A stretch of DNA of 64,000 nucleotides from Anaeromyxobacter sp. (lineage in GTDB: Bacteria > Myxococcota > Myxococcia > Myxococcales > Anaeromyxobacteraceae): NCBI GenBank assembly GCA_049840735.1, contig JASGJN010000007.1, forward strand, positions 128,001 to 192,000, written 5' to 3'. Within the stretch, counting starts at the first letter, position 1, and each line of letters opens with the position of its first letter. The position numbers were made by a program, and so were the translations under genes. Shown here one piece after another: positions 22,788 through 34,166 of this stretch. A model generated the notes under the pieces. That model was not told the DNA's origin, searched no databases, and worked only from the letters and a program-made list of their open reading frames with translations.

Positions 22788-22813
22788 ACCATTCGCCCCG
22801 GGCTTGTCGAGGC
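22788..22813. repeat. Degenerate short relative of the REP-like element
   Basis: CCATTCGCCCCGGGCTTGTCGAGG resembles the CCGTTCG(G/C)CCTGAGC..GTCGAAG flanks and lies at a convergent junction. Confidence 0.35.
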
Positions 22814-22822
22814 GCGTGGCGG

Positions 22823-23413
22823 TCAGGCCTGTTCTGCGCTCAGCACCCCCTGCAGCTCCGCCAGCAGCTCGGCCCGCACCGCAGTGGCGCGGTCGAAGGC
22901 CTCGCGCGCGTCGGCGCGGAGCCGCCGGCGATCCTCGCGGTTGGGATCGGTGCGGGAGGCCCAGTAGAGCGCGTGCGCTTCGGACCAGCCGTCGGCCAGC
23001 GCGCGCGCCTGGGCGCCGGCGCGGCCGCCCAGCAGGCACTCGGCCGTGGCGGTGGCCCGCAGCAGCTTGGGGAAGAGCGAGGAGAGCGTCTGGGCGGCGC
23101 GGGTCTCGTGCGAGAGGAAGGACTCGCGCCGCTCCTCGCGCGTGGCGTCCTCGTCCAGCAGGAGGTCGTGATAGGGGAGCAGCAGGTCGCGCAGCGCGCC
23201 CTCGAAGGCGGCGCTCTCGCTCCACAGGTCCACCGCCGCGGTGACCCGCGGCCCGTGCACCGCCGCCAGCACCACCCGGCGCGCCTCCAGCGCGTCCTCC
23301 AGCCGCGCCAGCCGGCGCTGCGAGAGGTGGCTCCAGATGGCTGACGCGACGGCCCCGGCGGCGGCCACGATCACGCCCGGGATCACCAGGCCGAAGAGGG
23401 TGAGGTCGTTCAC
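22823..23413 (-). CDS. Hypothetical protein with an N-terminal TM anchor
   Basis: GTG at 23413, a hydrophobic N-terminus and a helical remainder. Confidence 0.55.
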   Translation of the reverse strand: MNDLTLFGLVIPGVIVAAAGAVASAIWSHLSQRRLARLEDALEARRVVLAAVHGPRVTAAVDLWSESAAFEGALRDLLLPYHDLLLDEDATREERRESFLSHETRAAQTLSSLFPKLLRATATAECLLGGRAGAQARALADGWSEAHALYWASRTDPNREDRRRLRADAREAFDRATAVRAELLAELQGVLSAEQA

Positions 23414-23453
23414 GGGGAGAGTGTAGCCGAGGGGTCCGACGTGGCGGCCGGGA

Positions 23454-25534
23454 TCACCCGCTGCCTCCGGCGGTCCGCTTCCAGATGGTGCCGCACCACA
23501 GGCAAACCCAGCGGCGCTCCTCGCTCGTGGCACGGGCGGTGAGGTGGGCGTCCAGGCGCGAGCCGTCGGTGCGCCCGCACCCGGGGCACCGCCGCTCGGT
23601 GCCGCCGGCGCTCGGGTTGCGGCGGGGTCGGCCCCGGCGGCGCGGCTTCTCCTGCGGCTGCTGCGAGAGCCAGATGGTCCCGCCCTGCGCGAGCTCCGGC
23701 AGCGGCAGCAGCCCGGCCGTCACGGTCGCGCTCCGGCCTGAGAAGTGCTCCACGAAGCGGGTACCGCTGGGAATGCCGCCGGCCTCCACCTCCAGCGGGC
23801 GAGCGGGCCGCGGGCGCTCACCGCGGTGGGCGATCACCAGTGCGCGGCCGGTGCGGCCCTCGCGCTGGTAGGCCAGGGTGTCCGGCTCCACCGAGAGCAC
23901 CTGGAAGCCGCCCTCCAGCAGCGGCTCGGAGGCGCGGCGGAGCTCGGCGAGCGAGCGGTAGAACCCGAGCAGGGGAACGTTCCAGCGATCCCGGTCCCAC
24001 ACCATGCAGCCGCGCGGCCCGAGCGCGGGGTCGTCCTCCATCCCGATTCTCGTCGCCGTACCAGAGCAGCGGGACGCCGGGGTAGGTGAACTGGATCACC
24101 GCGGCCAGCCGGTGGAGGGCGTCGTTGCCGCCCACCACGCTGCGGATGCGCTGCAGGTCGTGGCCGCCCACCATGAGCAGCGCGTGGCGCGCGCTGGTCC
24201 ACGGGATGACCGCGCGCGCCGCCCGCCACGCCGCCTCCAGCGCCTCGGTCGACATGGGGCCGCTGGCGATCCCTGCGTTCCTCCCGCTCGTGCTCCTCGT
24301 GCCGGCGGAGCCAGTGCCAGAGCGGGTAGGTGAAGCCCGCCATCTCGGCCACGCCGTCGAACTGGTCACCCTGCAGGCGGGGGGAGGCGTCCACGAAGCT
24401 GCGGCTCACGATGCAGGCGTCGGCGCGGGTCTCGCGAACGGCGCGGCGAACCTGGCGCAGGAGGTGGTCGGCCTCGCTGGCGCGATCCTCGGGCCGGCAG
24501 AGGTGCAGGGTCCAGCCGTCCGCTGCGTACGGCGGACGCAGCCAGTGCCGGAGGAACGCGTCCTCGGCCGTGAACATGCGCCGGACGAGCTCGGGGGCGC
24601 CGAGGTCGAGCCGCCGCTCGCCGCCCAGCCCCAGCCAGCGCTCGAAGTCCCCGTCGCGGCCCCGGACGAAGAACGCCGCCTCAGGTGAGGAGGGATTGGC
24701 CTGCGCAGCGCGAAACCAGGCGTGCCAGGCGCTCAGCTGGCTCGTATCGGCCTCCAGCAGGTAGCGCAGCCCGTGCGAGGTGAGGGCTTGGCGCAGCCGC
24801 GCCAGCGCCGCATCCCCGCCCAGCCGTGGATCCACGTGGCCGTGGTCGATCACGTTGTAGCGGTGGCTGGAAGGCGACGAGAAGACCGGCGTCAGGGCCA
24901 GCGCCGTGACCCCGAGCTCCGCGAGATGGTCGAGTCGCTCGGACACGCCGGCCAGGTCGCCGCCGTAGAAGGTCACCGGGAACGGGTGATCGGGAGAAGG
25001 AGGCGTACCCCACGGGAACAGCCGGGGAGGGGCGTCCGCGAACTCGCCTTCACGGTAGGTCCAGGTCTGGCCGTCGAGATCTCCCGGGAGGGCGTCCGCC
25101 GATCCACCGCGTGCGAATCGATCCACGAACGCCAGGTACAGCACCGCTGCGTGAAGCCAGGCCGGGCGAGCCCCGCCGGCCACCAGCTTGAAGTCGGTGA
25201 CGTCCGGCGGACTGTACGGCGTGATACCCGCCGCGGAGTAGGACCACACGCCGTCGTCGCTCTCGAGCACGAAGCGGTAGGACGTGAGCCCTGCTCGCAC
25301 GGGCAGCTCGGCCTCGTACCACTGCGCGGGCGGCTCGAGGGAACCGGGCTCCATGGGAGTGAAGACCTGCCACCCATCCGCGCACGTGCGCACGAACACG
25401 CGCCGGATTGGCGCCGATGCGGAGGCGCGGAGGCGAAGCCGGACGGGCTCACCCGCCGCCGGCTCTGGGTTCGAGACGTACGTCGCCGAGCCATCGTGAT
25501 GGATGGTGCCGAGCCAGGCCGGTGGAAACCGCAT
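23454..25534 (-). CDS. MalZ/neopullulanase-like GH13 protein with degenerate catalytic residues and a C-terminal Zn-ribbon (frameshifts near 24280 and 24047)
   Basis: N-domain HHDGS, FVDRFARG, FYGGDLAG, PSSHRYN, VDPRLGG, FTYPGVPLLWYGDE. Catalytic motifs are altered (see findings). The tail is CPGC..CLWC. Confidence 0.8.
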
Positions 25535-25920
25535 TGCGAAGCTTAGGGCCGAATTCCCGGTTCGCGTCAAATGCATCGCACGGCGTATTGGCGCGTCGTC
25601 CTGCCGGCCGCCCTCCGTCCCCAGGCGATCCCGCTTCGCCAAGCTCTACCCCCGGTCGGGATGATGTTCGCAAGAAGGGTTCGCCACAAGGGGTCAATTC
25701 AAAGCCCCTAACGGGACAGTGCGCAGAGGTCTGACGAGGGTACACATCAGTGAAGTCAGTATCTTGTGTCGGCACGTCGAGGTGAGGTCGAGGGGGCTTG
25801 TGTGTGTGACGCGTAGCGTCGTTCGCATTTCTCAAGATCCAAAATCTCGTTGCCGGTTCTCCACGCGCACCCATAGCGTGGGCCGCCTCTCATTGAGGGT
25901 CAGACCCTGGACTGCATTGG

Positions 25921-25952
25921 GCGCGATAGAGCGTCGGGGCGCTCTATTGCGC
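25921..25952. promoter_or_regulatory. 13-bp inverted repeat upstream of amylase 1
   Basis: GCGCGATAGAGCG-6nt-CGCTCTATTGCGC, matching at 12 of 13 positions. Confidence 0.4.
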
Positions 25953-25999
25953 AAACGCCGCCTGGGCGGCGCGGGGTTGCGGCCTGGCTTGGAGGAGTC

Positions 26000-28900
26000 A
26001 TGAAGGGGAACGTGTGGTGCGGGGCGCTGGCGCTGCTCCTGGTGGGCGCGCTGGCTGCTTGCGGTGGATCGCCGGCCGGGACCGGTGACGGGACGCAGAG
26101 CCAGGACGGAGGGGCGCTCACGAGCCCGGCCGTCATCTACTACTACCTGCCGTACAAGGGCTGGTCGCAGGCCAACATCCACCACGACGCCGCAGGCGCC
26201 TGGACCGCGGTGCCGGGGGTGGCCATGGCGCCGGCCTGCCCGAACTGGCTGGCCATCACGCTCAACTCCAGCGCGTCCAGCTTCCAGGCGGTCTTCACCG
26301 ACGGCCAGGGGCACTGGGACAACCCGACGGGCGGCGGCAACTACGTCGTGGGCGGCGGGATCTCGGTGGTCCAGAACGGCAAGCTCACTGCCAACGCCGC
26401 CAACCCCTGCGCCACGCCGCCGCCGGCCGTCACGGCCACCGTCTTCTACAAGATCGGCTGGGCGGCACCCAACATCCACCACAACGGCTCGGGCAGCTGG
26501 ACGGCCTCGCCGGGGGTGGCCATGGACGGCGCCTGCGCCGGCTGGTTCAAGAAGGCCATCACCCTGGGCGCCGGAGCCACCGCCTTCCAGGCGGTCTTCA
26601 ATGACGGCAAGGGGACCTGGGACAACAACGGTGGCCGGAACTACACGCTGGCCAGCGGGGTGTCGACCGTGAGCGGCGGCGTGGTCACCTCCAACGCCAC
26701 GGACCCCTGCGGCACGGTCGACACCACCCCTCCCACCGCGCCGTCGACGACGTCGGCCAGCGCCTCGGGGACCACCATCACCGTGAGCTGGGCGGCCTCC
26801 ACCGACGCCGAGAGCGGGGTCGCCAGATACGTCATCACCCGCACCGGCGGCACGCAGGGGCCGGTCACCCTGAGCAGCACCAGCACCACGCTGGTGGACG
26901 CCGGGCTCACGGCCGACACGCTCTACACCTACACGGTCGTGGCGGTGAACGGGGCCGGGCTGAGCTCGGCGGCTGGGCCGCAGGCCCAGGTGCGCACCGG
27001 GGCCGCGCCTCCTGGCGCGACCATCACGGTCTACTACGCGAACACCGCGGCCTGGGGCCTGGTCAACATGCACTACCAGAAGCTGGGCGTGACCTGGACC
27101 ACGCCGCCCGGCGAGGCCATGACGAAGGACTGCGACGACTGGTGGACGAAGCAGGTCGACCTGGGCACCGCCACCAGCATGAAGGCGGACTTCAACAACG
27201 GGAGCGCCTGGGACAACAACAGCGGCGCCGACTACGTGCTCACCGCCGGCATCGTGACCGTGCGCAACAAGGTCGTGACCAAGGTCACGGCCAGCCCCTG
27301 CACGCCGGACGTGACGCCGCCCAGCGCGCCCGGCACGCCCACGGCCACCGTCACCGGCGGCGTGAACGTGAACCTGGCCTGGGCGGCCTCCACGGACGAT
27401 CGCGGGCTGGCGGGCTATGACCTGACCCGCACCGGCGGCAGCCGGGGGACGGTGGCCCTGACGAGCGGCGTGGCCTCCTTCTACGACCCCAACCTGGACG
27501 AGAACACCAGCTACACCTACGCGGTCCGGGCCCGCGACAAGGCTGGCAACGTCTCGGCCTGGACGCCGGCCGTGCAGGTCCGCACCACGGTGGTGCCGCC
27601 CCCGCCGCCCACGCCGGACGCCACCCCGCCCATCGGCACCGATCCGCGCGAGGACGCCATCTACTTCGTGATGACGGCCCGGTTCTACGACGGGGATCCC
27701 ACCAACAACCGCGGCGGCAGCCAGCACGTGAGGTCGGGCAACGCGGCCAACAACGACCCCATGTTCCGGGGCGACTTCGCCGGCCTGATCCAGAAGCTCG
27801 ACTACATCAAGGCGCTGGGCTTCTCCGCCATCTGGATCACGCCCGTGGTGCTCAACCGGTCGGACTACGACTTCCACGGCTATCACGGCTGGGACTTCTA
27901 CCGCGTGGACCCGCGGCTCGAGTCGGCCGGCGCGACGTACCAGGATTTGATCAATGCCGCGCATGCCAAGGGGATCAAGATCATCCAGGACGTGGTCTAC
28001 AACCACTCCAGCCGCTGGGGCGCCAAGGGGCTCTGGACCACCAAGGTGTTCGGCGTGCGTGACTCGCAGTGGAGCTGGTACTACGACCAGCCGGTGGCTG
28101 GTCTCGAGTACGACGGCCTGACCATCGACCCGAACACCGGCAAGAGCTGGTACAACGGCGACCTGTGGTCGACGGCGGAGCCGGTCGGCAACACCTGCCG
28201 GTCCTGGGGCGTGGCCACCCAGTACTCCAGCCCGGAAGGCTACCGGATCTACAACTGCCAGTGGCCCAACCCGACCTCGGGCATGTTCCCGGCGCAGTAC
28301 TTCCACCAGTGCTGGATCGGCAACTGGGAGGGTGAGGACTCGCGCAGCTGCTGGCTGCACGAGGACCTGGCCGACTTCAACACCGAGAGCGCGGCCGTCC
28401 AGCAGTACCTGATCGGCGCCTACAACAGGTTCGTGGACATGGGCGTGGACGGGTTCCGCGTCGACACCGCGGTGCACATCCCGCGCGTCACCTGGAACCG
28501 GCGGCTGCTCCCGCCGCTCCATGCCCACGCCCAGGGCAAGTGGGGCGCGGCCGGCCAGAACTTCTTCGTGTTCGGCGAGGTGGCCGCGTTCGTGAACGAC
28601 AAGTGGAACCGCGGCTCGGTCAACCACTCGGCCCAGTTCTTCACCTGGAAGGAGCGCAAGGAGTACACGCAGGACGACGTCCAGGCGGCGCTCGATCAGT
28701 ACAACTACGAGCAGCAGCTGGGTACGGGCAACCAGCCCACCAGCACCAACGCCTTCCTGGACGGGAACGCCTACCACGCGCCGGACCACAGCCAGTTCTC
28801 GGGCATGAACATCATCGACATGCGCATGCACAACAACTTCTACGACGCGCGGAACGCGTTCCAGAACGGCATGGACTCGGACGATGCCACCAACGACTCC

Positions 28901-29579
28901 ACCTACAACGTGGTGTACGTGGACTCGCACGACTACGGGCCGGGCAAGTCGCTCAACACCTACGCCGGCGGGACCGACGCATGGGCCGAGAACATGAGCC
29001 TGATGTGGACGTTCCGCGGGATCCCGACGCTCTACATGGGCTCGGAGATCGAGTTCAAGGCCGGCGCTCCGATCGACTGCGGCCCGAACTGCCCGCTCTC
29101 CACCACCCGGCGTGCCTACTACGGTGACAACCTGGCGGGCACGGTCACGGCCGCCGACTTCGGCGTGACCGGCAGCGCCACCGGCGCGGTGGCGGCCACG
29201 ATGGACAAGCCGCTGGTGAAGCACCTGCAGCGCCTGAACCAGATTCCGCCGGCGCATCCCGGCGCTGCAGAAGGGCCAGTACTCCACCGCCGGCGTCAGC
29301 GGCTCGTCCACCGGCCTCGCGTACAAGCGGCGCTTCACCGACGCGGCCAGGGGCGTGGACAGCTTCGCGCTGGTCACCATCTCCAGCGGCGCCACGTTCA
29401 CCGGCATCCCCAACGGCACGTACAGGGACGCCATCACCGGTGACGTGCAGGTCGTGACGGCTGGCACCCTGACGGCTTCGGCCAGCGGGAAGGCCAACAT
29501 GCGCATCTACGTGCTCGATCTCCCGGGGAACCCCGCCCCGGGCAAGATCGGGAGCGACGGGCCGTACCTCAGGCCCTAG
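26000..29579 (+). CDS. Lipoprotein alpha-amylase (GH13) with three CBM25/26-like modules and two FN3 domains (frameshift near 29245)
   Basis: Lipobox LAAC, W..PG..M..F..G..WDN modules, intact motifs DVVYNH, GFRVDTAVH, FGEV, DSHD, and a GGAGG RBS. Confidence 0.9.
26123..26410 (+). repeat. CBM-coding segment duplicated at 29925..30212
   Basis: Two colinear 288-nt segments of highly similar DNA, for example CCTGCCGTACAAGGGCTGGTC and CAGCTTCCAGGCGGTCTTCA. Confidence 0.85.
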
Positions 29580-29798
29580 CCGGGCTCCGGCCGGCGGATC
29601 CCGGTTCCTCTCCCCGTTCGATCCGCGGATCCGCCGGCGGAGGTTGCAGCCTCTCCCCACCGCGCTCCCGCCGCTGCTCGCGGCGGGTGCGCCTTCACCA
29701 CCCACCACGACAACCCACGCGCGCCGGGAGGCGCGCCACGGGGCGCGTGCACCCATCGCCGGCGAGGGGATGGGCGCGTGCGCCCTCGAGGAGGCTTC

Positions 29799-32700
29799 AT
29801 GCAGACGGAACGACCGAAGGCTGGCTGGGCGCTCATCGCGCTCGCGGCAGCGGCGCTGGCGTGCGGAGGAAGCCCGGAGCAGGCGGCGGAGGGCCGAGCC
29901 GGCGGCGGCGCCGGCTCCCTCGCCAGCCCGGCAGTCATCTACTATTACCTGCCGTACAAGGGCTGGTCCCAGGCCTACGCCCACCACGCGGCCAGCGGAA
30001 GCTGGACGGCCGTCCCGGGCGTGCGCATGGCGCCCGCCTGCACCGGCTGGGTCAGCGTCACGCTCGACTCCGCGGCGAGCAGCTTCCAGGCGGTCTTCAA
30101 CGACGGCCAGGGGCACTGGGACAATCCGACCGGTGGCGGCAACTACGTGGTGGGGGCCGGGATCTCGGTGGTCCAGAACGGCCGCCTGACGGCCAACGCC
30201 GCCAATCCCTGCACCGCGCCCCCACCCGGCAGCACCGCCACCGTCTTCTACCGAACGAGCTGGACGGCGCCGAGGATCCACTACGGCGTGGGCGGCACCT
30301 GGACCACACCGCCGGGCCCCGCCATGGACCCGGCCTGCACCGGGTGGTGGAAGAAGAGCGTCGAGCTCGGCACGGCCACCGGTTCCCTGGTGACGTTCAA
30401 CGACGGCAGCGGCAGCTGGGACAACAACGGCGGCCGGAACTACGCGCTGGGGGCCGGGACCTCGACCGTCAGCGGCGCAGGAGTGACGGCGGGCGCCGCC
30501 GATCCCTGCGGCGGCGTGGACGTGACACCCCCGAGCCAGCCCCAGGGCGTGCTGGCGTCGGCGAGCGGCACCAGCATCACCGTGACCTGGTCGGCCTCGT
30601 CCGATGATTCGGGGCGTGACCGGCTACGAGGTCACGCGGACGGGCGGGTCGCAGGGGACCGTGGTCGCCACGGCTGCCGGCACCAGCCTGACCGCCACCG
30701 GGCTCACGCCTTCGACGCGTTACGCCTTCACGGTCAAGGCGCTCGACGCTGCGGGGAACCGCTCGGCGGCCAGCGCCGAGGCAGCGGCCACCACCGGCGG
30801 CGCCCCCACGGCGATCCGCATCTACTACAAGGGCGCGGCCTCCACGACCATCTGGACCTGGGAGCCGAGCGCCCGGGCCATCAGCCAGCTCGCGGGCTTC
30901 GCCTGGCCCGGGCCTGCCATGACGCCGGATCCGGAGAACCCGGGCTGGCTCTACTGGGAGCTGCCGCCGGCCTACGCGCCCTACAACGCGGCCCTGGCGT
31001 TCCTGTTCGCCGGGACCCAGACCCAGGTCAACCTGCCGGGGCCGGTGACGAGGTCGATGTGGTGGAACGGGACGGCCTGGTCGGATCACAACCCCGACCC
31101 GGCGACCGCCCCGGTGGTCACCGTGACGCCGAACGGCGGCTGGTTCGGGGCGGCGACCTCGACCAGCGTCAGCATCACCGTCACCACCCGCGCCGACGCG
31201 CCCGTCACGGCCATGACCTACCGGGTTGGCGGCGGGGCGGTCACGCCCTTCGCCTCGAGCCCGCTCGCCCTGACGGTGCCGCTCTCGGCCACGCCGGTCA
31301 CGGTGACGGTCAGCGCCACCAACGGCGTGGGGACCACCACCCTGACCAGCCAGCCCTTCCAGCAGGGCACGCAGCCCATGCCGTCCTTCAGCTGGAAGAA
31401 CGCCACCGTCTACTTCGTGATGACCGATCGGTTCGTGAACGGTGACACCTCGAACGACGGCTCCTTTGGCCGCGTGAAGGTGGACGCGACCGGCTCGAGC
31501 ATCGGCACCTTCCACGGTGGTGACCTCAGGGGCCTCCTGCAGAAGGTGGACGACGGCTACTTCACTTCGCTGGGCGTGAACGCCATCTGGATCACCGCGC
31601 CCTACGAGCAGATGCACGGCTGGACCGGCGGCGGGACCTCGGGTGACTTCGCCCACTACGCGTACCACGGCTACTACGCCCTGGACTGGACCAACCTCGA
31701 TCCGAACATGGGCACGACCACGGACCTCAAGGCGTTCGTGGACGCGGCCCACGCCAAGGGCATCCGGGTGGTGTTCGACGTGGTGATGAACCACACCGGC
31801 TACGCCACGCTCCGGGACATGGCCGACTTCGGGTTCGGCGGGAAGAAGGCAGGTTTCAACGCGGCCTGGACGCCCGCCGCAGGCCAGACCTGGCACAGCT
31901 GGAACGACCTGATGATTGACTATGCCTCCACCGCGGTCCAGGGGGACTGGGCGCGCTGGTGGGGGCAGCCGTGGATCCGGGCCGGGATCGTCGGCTACGA
32001 CGCGTGCGGTGGGGGCGACCAGCTCATGTGCCTGGCGGGGCTGCCCGACGCCAAGACCGAGAACGCCGCTGCGGTGGCCCTGCCGCCGTTCCTGGCCAGC
32101 AAGGCCACGTTCGGGAAGGGCTACCTGAGCCCGTACCAGCCCTCCGGAACGAAGCGCGTGCGCGACTGGCAGGTGGAGTGGCTCTGCCGCTGGGTGCGCG
32201 ACTACGGCATCGACGGCTTCCGCGTGGACACCGCGAAGCACGTGGAGATGGAGTCCTGGGCCGCCATGAAGACCGCCTGCGGTCAGGCGCTCCGCGACTG
32301 GCGCACCGCCAACCCGTCGGCGCCGGGCGCGTCCTGGACGGACGAGTTCTGGGACACCGGCGAGGTCTTCGGGCGGGGCGCGGCCGGCTACGACGCGAAC
32401 TTCTACGGGACCGGGAAGTTCGACAGCCTGCTCAACTTCGGCTTCGGCGGCGTGGCCTCCGGCGCGTCCGGCTCGTCGGCGAGCTTGTCGAGCCTGGAGT
32501 CGACCTACGCGAGCTATGCCACGCAGCTCAACACCGACAGGACCCAGGCCTGGTCGGTGCTGACCTTCCTCGACAACCACGACCAGCCGAGCCTCTTCTA
32601 CAACGGCGACGCCGAGCGCCAGAAGCGGGCCGGGAGCGCGCTGCTGATGTGTCCGGGGCCGGTGCACCTCTACTACGGCGACGAGTACGGGCGGGCCTAC

Positions 32701-33090
32701 GGACCGGCCGGATCGGATCCGAACCAGGGGACGCGGTCGGACATGAGCTGGAGCACGGTCACCGCGCAGGCCTCCGACCCAGGCTCGACGCTGTCGCACT
32801 GGCGGAAGCTGGGGCAGTTCCGGAAGGCGCACCTCGCGATCGGGGCGGGTGACCACGCCCGGATCGCGGACGTCTCGAGCGGCTATGCCTTCAGCCGCAC
32901 CTGGGGCGCCGACAAGGTGGCGGTGGTGCTGGGGGCCAGCGGGAGCGTGACCGTGAACGTCTCGACGGCGTTCGCCGACGGCACCACGGTCCGGAACGCC
33001 TACGACAACACCACCAACCAGGTGAGCGGCGGCCGGGTAACGTTCAGCGCCGGGCCGAACGGCGTGATCCTGATCGAGGCGGCGAACTAG
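29799..33090 (+). CDS. Lipoprotein alpha-amylase (GH13, MalS-like catalytic domain) with CBM and FN3 modules (frameshift near 30612)
   Basis: Lipobox ALAC, intact motifs DVVMNH, GFRVDTAKH, TGEV, DNHD, MalS-like GSDPNQGTRSDM, and a GGAGG RBS. Confidence 0.9.
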
Positions 33091-33106
33091 CCGCGGGGTG
33101 GAGCTT

Positions 33107-33140
33107 CGCCCGGGCCGGCTGCGGATGGCCGGCCCGGGCG
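33107..33140. terminator. Strong hairpin between convergent genes
   Basis: CGCCCGGGCCGGC-loop-GCCGGCCCGGGCG forms a 13-bp stem. Confidence 0.55.
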
Positions 33141-33141
33141 C

Positions 33142-34131
33142 CTACGGCCCACGGGCCTCGTGCGCGTCCAGCTGCTTCCTCAGCCCCTCGCACGGATCCT
33201 CGCGCTCCGCCGCCGGCGTGAAGACCACGTAGTCGTACGGGATGTGCCCCTCCGCCGCCGGGTCCTCGAGCTCCGGCCAGACCTCGCGGAAGGCCACCGA
33301 CACCACCTTCGCGTCCGCCGGCAGGTAGCTGGGCACGCCGCGGTCGCGGCGGGCGTGCTCGGCGCCGGTGATGAGCGCGGCGCCGCGGCCGGCGCCGGCC
33401 TGCAGCAGCGTCGCCGCCAGCTGCGCGTCGCGGGCGCGCTGCGCGGTGACCATGGGCGCCATCATCCGCTCCGGCAGCATCCCGCAGTGCGAGGCGGCCA
33501 TCTCCTCGCGCAGCGCCTGGGCCTGCTCCGGCGCCAGCGGGCCGGCCTGGTCCAGCCGCGCCCGCACCTCGGCCGGGAGCGCGTCCGCCCCCTCGTGCAC
33601 CACCCGGCGCATCAGCCCGCGCGGGAGGTTGGCGGCGACGATGGGCAGCCCCGCCGAGAGCCCGGCCTCGAAGACGGGCCGGTAATGGGCGAAGGGCGGC
33701 CAGCCGCTCTGGTCCCAGGCCACCGCGTCGCGCAGCCCCTCCGGTGTGGGCGGGCGCGCCGCCAGCGCGGCGTCCACCGCGGGCTGCTGGTCGCGGTCCA
33801 GCATCTCGAAGGCCAGCGCCGGGCGGCGACCGGCGGCGGTCAGGGCGCGCAGCGCCCGGGCCTGCAGCTGGTGGTGGTCGCGGTTGTCGTGCGCCTCGCC
33901 CAGCAGCACCAGGTCGGCCCGGGAGAGGGCCGCGTCCAGGGCGGCCTCCTCCACGAAGCGGCGCCCCTGGACGTCCCAGATCCTGCCCACCAGCGGGTGG
34001 TCCCGGAGGCGGGGGGAGGCCCAGGACACCTCGGCGGCGGGCGCACCCGGGCGCGCGGCGGGGCGGCTGCACCCGGCCGCGAGGGCCAGCGCGGTGAGAG
34101 CCAGGGGGAGCGGGCGGGGGCGGAGGCGCAT
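33142..34131 (-). CDS. ChaN-family (haem-binding uptake) lipoprotein
   Basis: Lipobox AAGC, LLGEAHDN..HH, LAFEML, AQRARD, GAEH. Confidence 0.8.
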   Translation of the reverse strand: MRLRPRPLPLALTALALAAGCSRPAARPGAPAAEVSWASPRLRDHPLVGRIWDVQGRRFVEEAALDAALSRADLVLLGEAHDNRDHHQLQARALRALTAAGRRPALAFEMLDRDQQPAVDAALAARPPTPEGLRDAVAWDQSGWPPFAHYRPVFEAGLSAGLPIVAANLPRGLMRRVVHEGADALPAEVRARLDQAGPLAPEQAQALREEMAASHCGMLPERMMAPMVTAQRARDAQLAATLLQAGAGRGAALITGAEHARRDRGVPSYLPADAKVVSVAFREVWPELEDPAAEGHIPYDYVVFTPAAEREDPCEGLRKQLDAHEARGP

Positions 34132-34166
34132 GCCGGGACTGTAAGACCCGCGCCTGGCCCGCGCCG

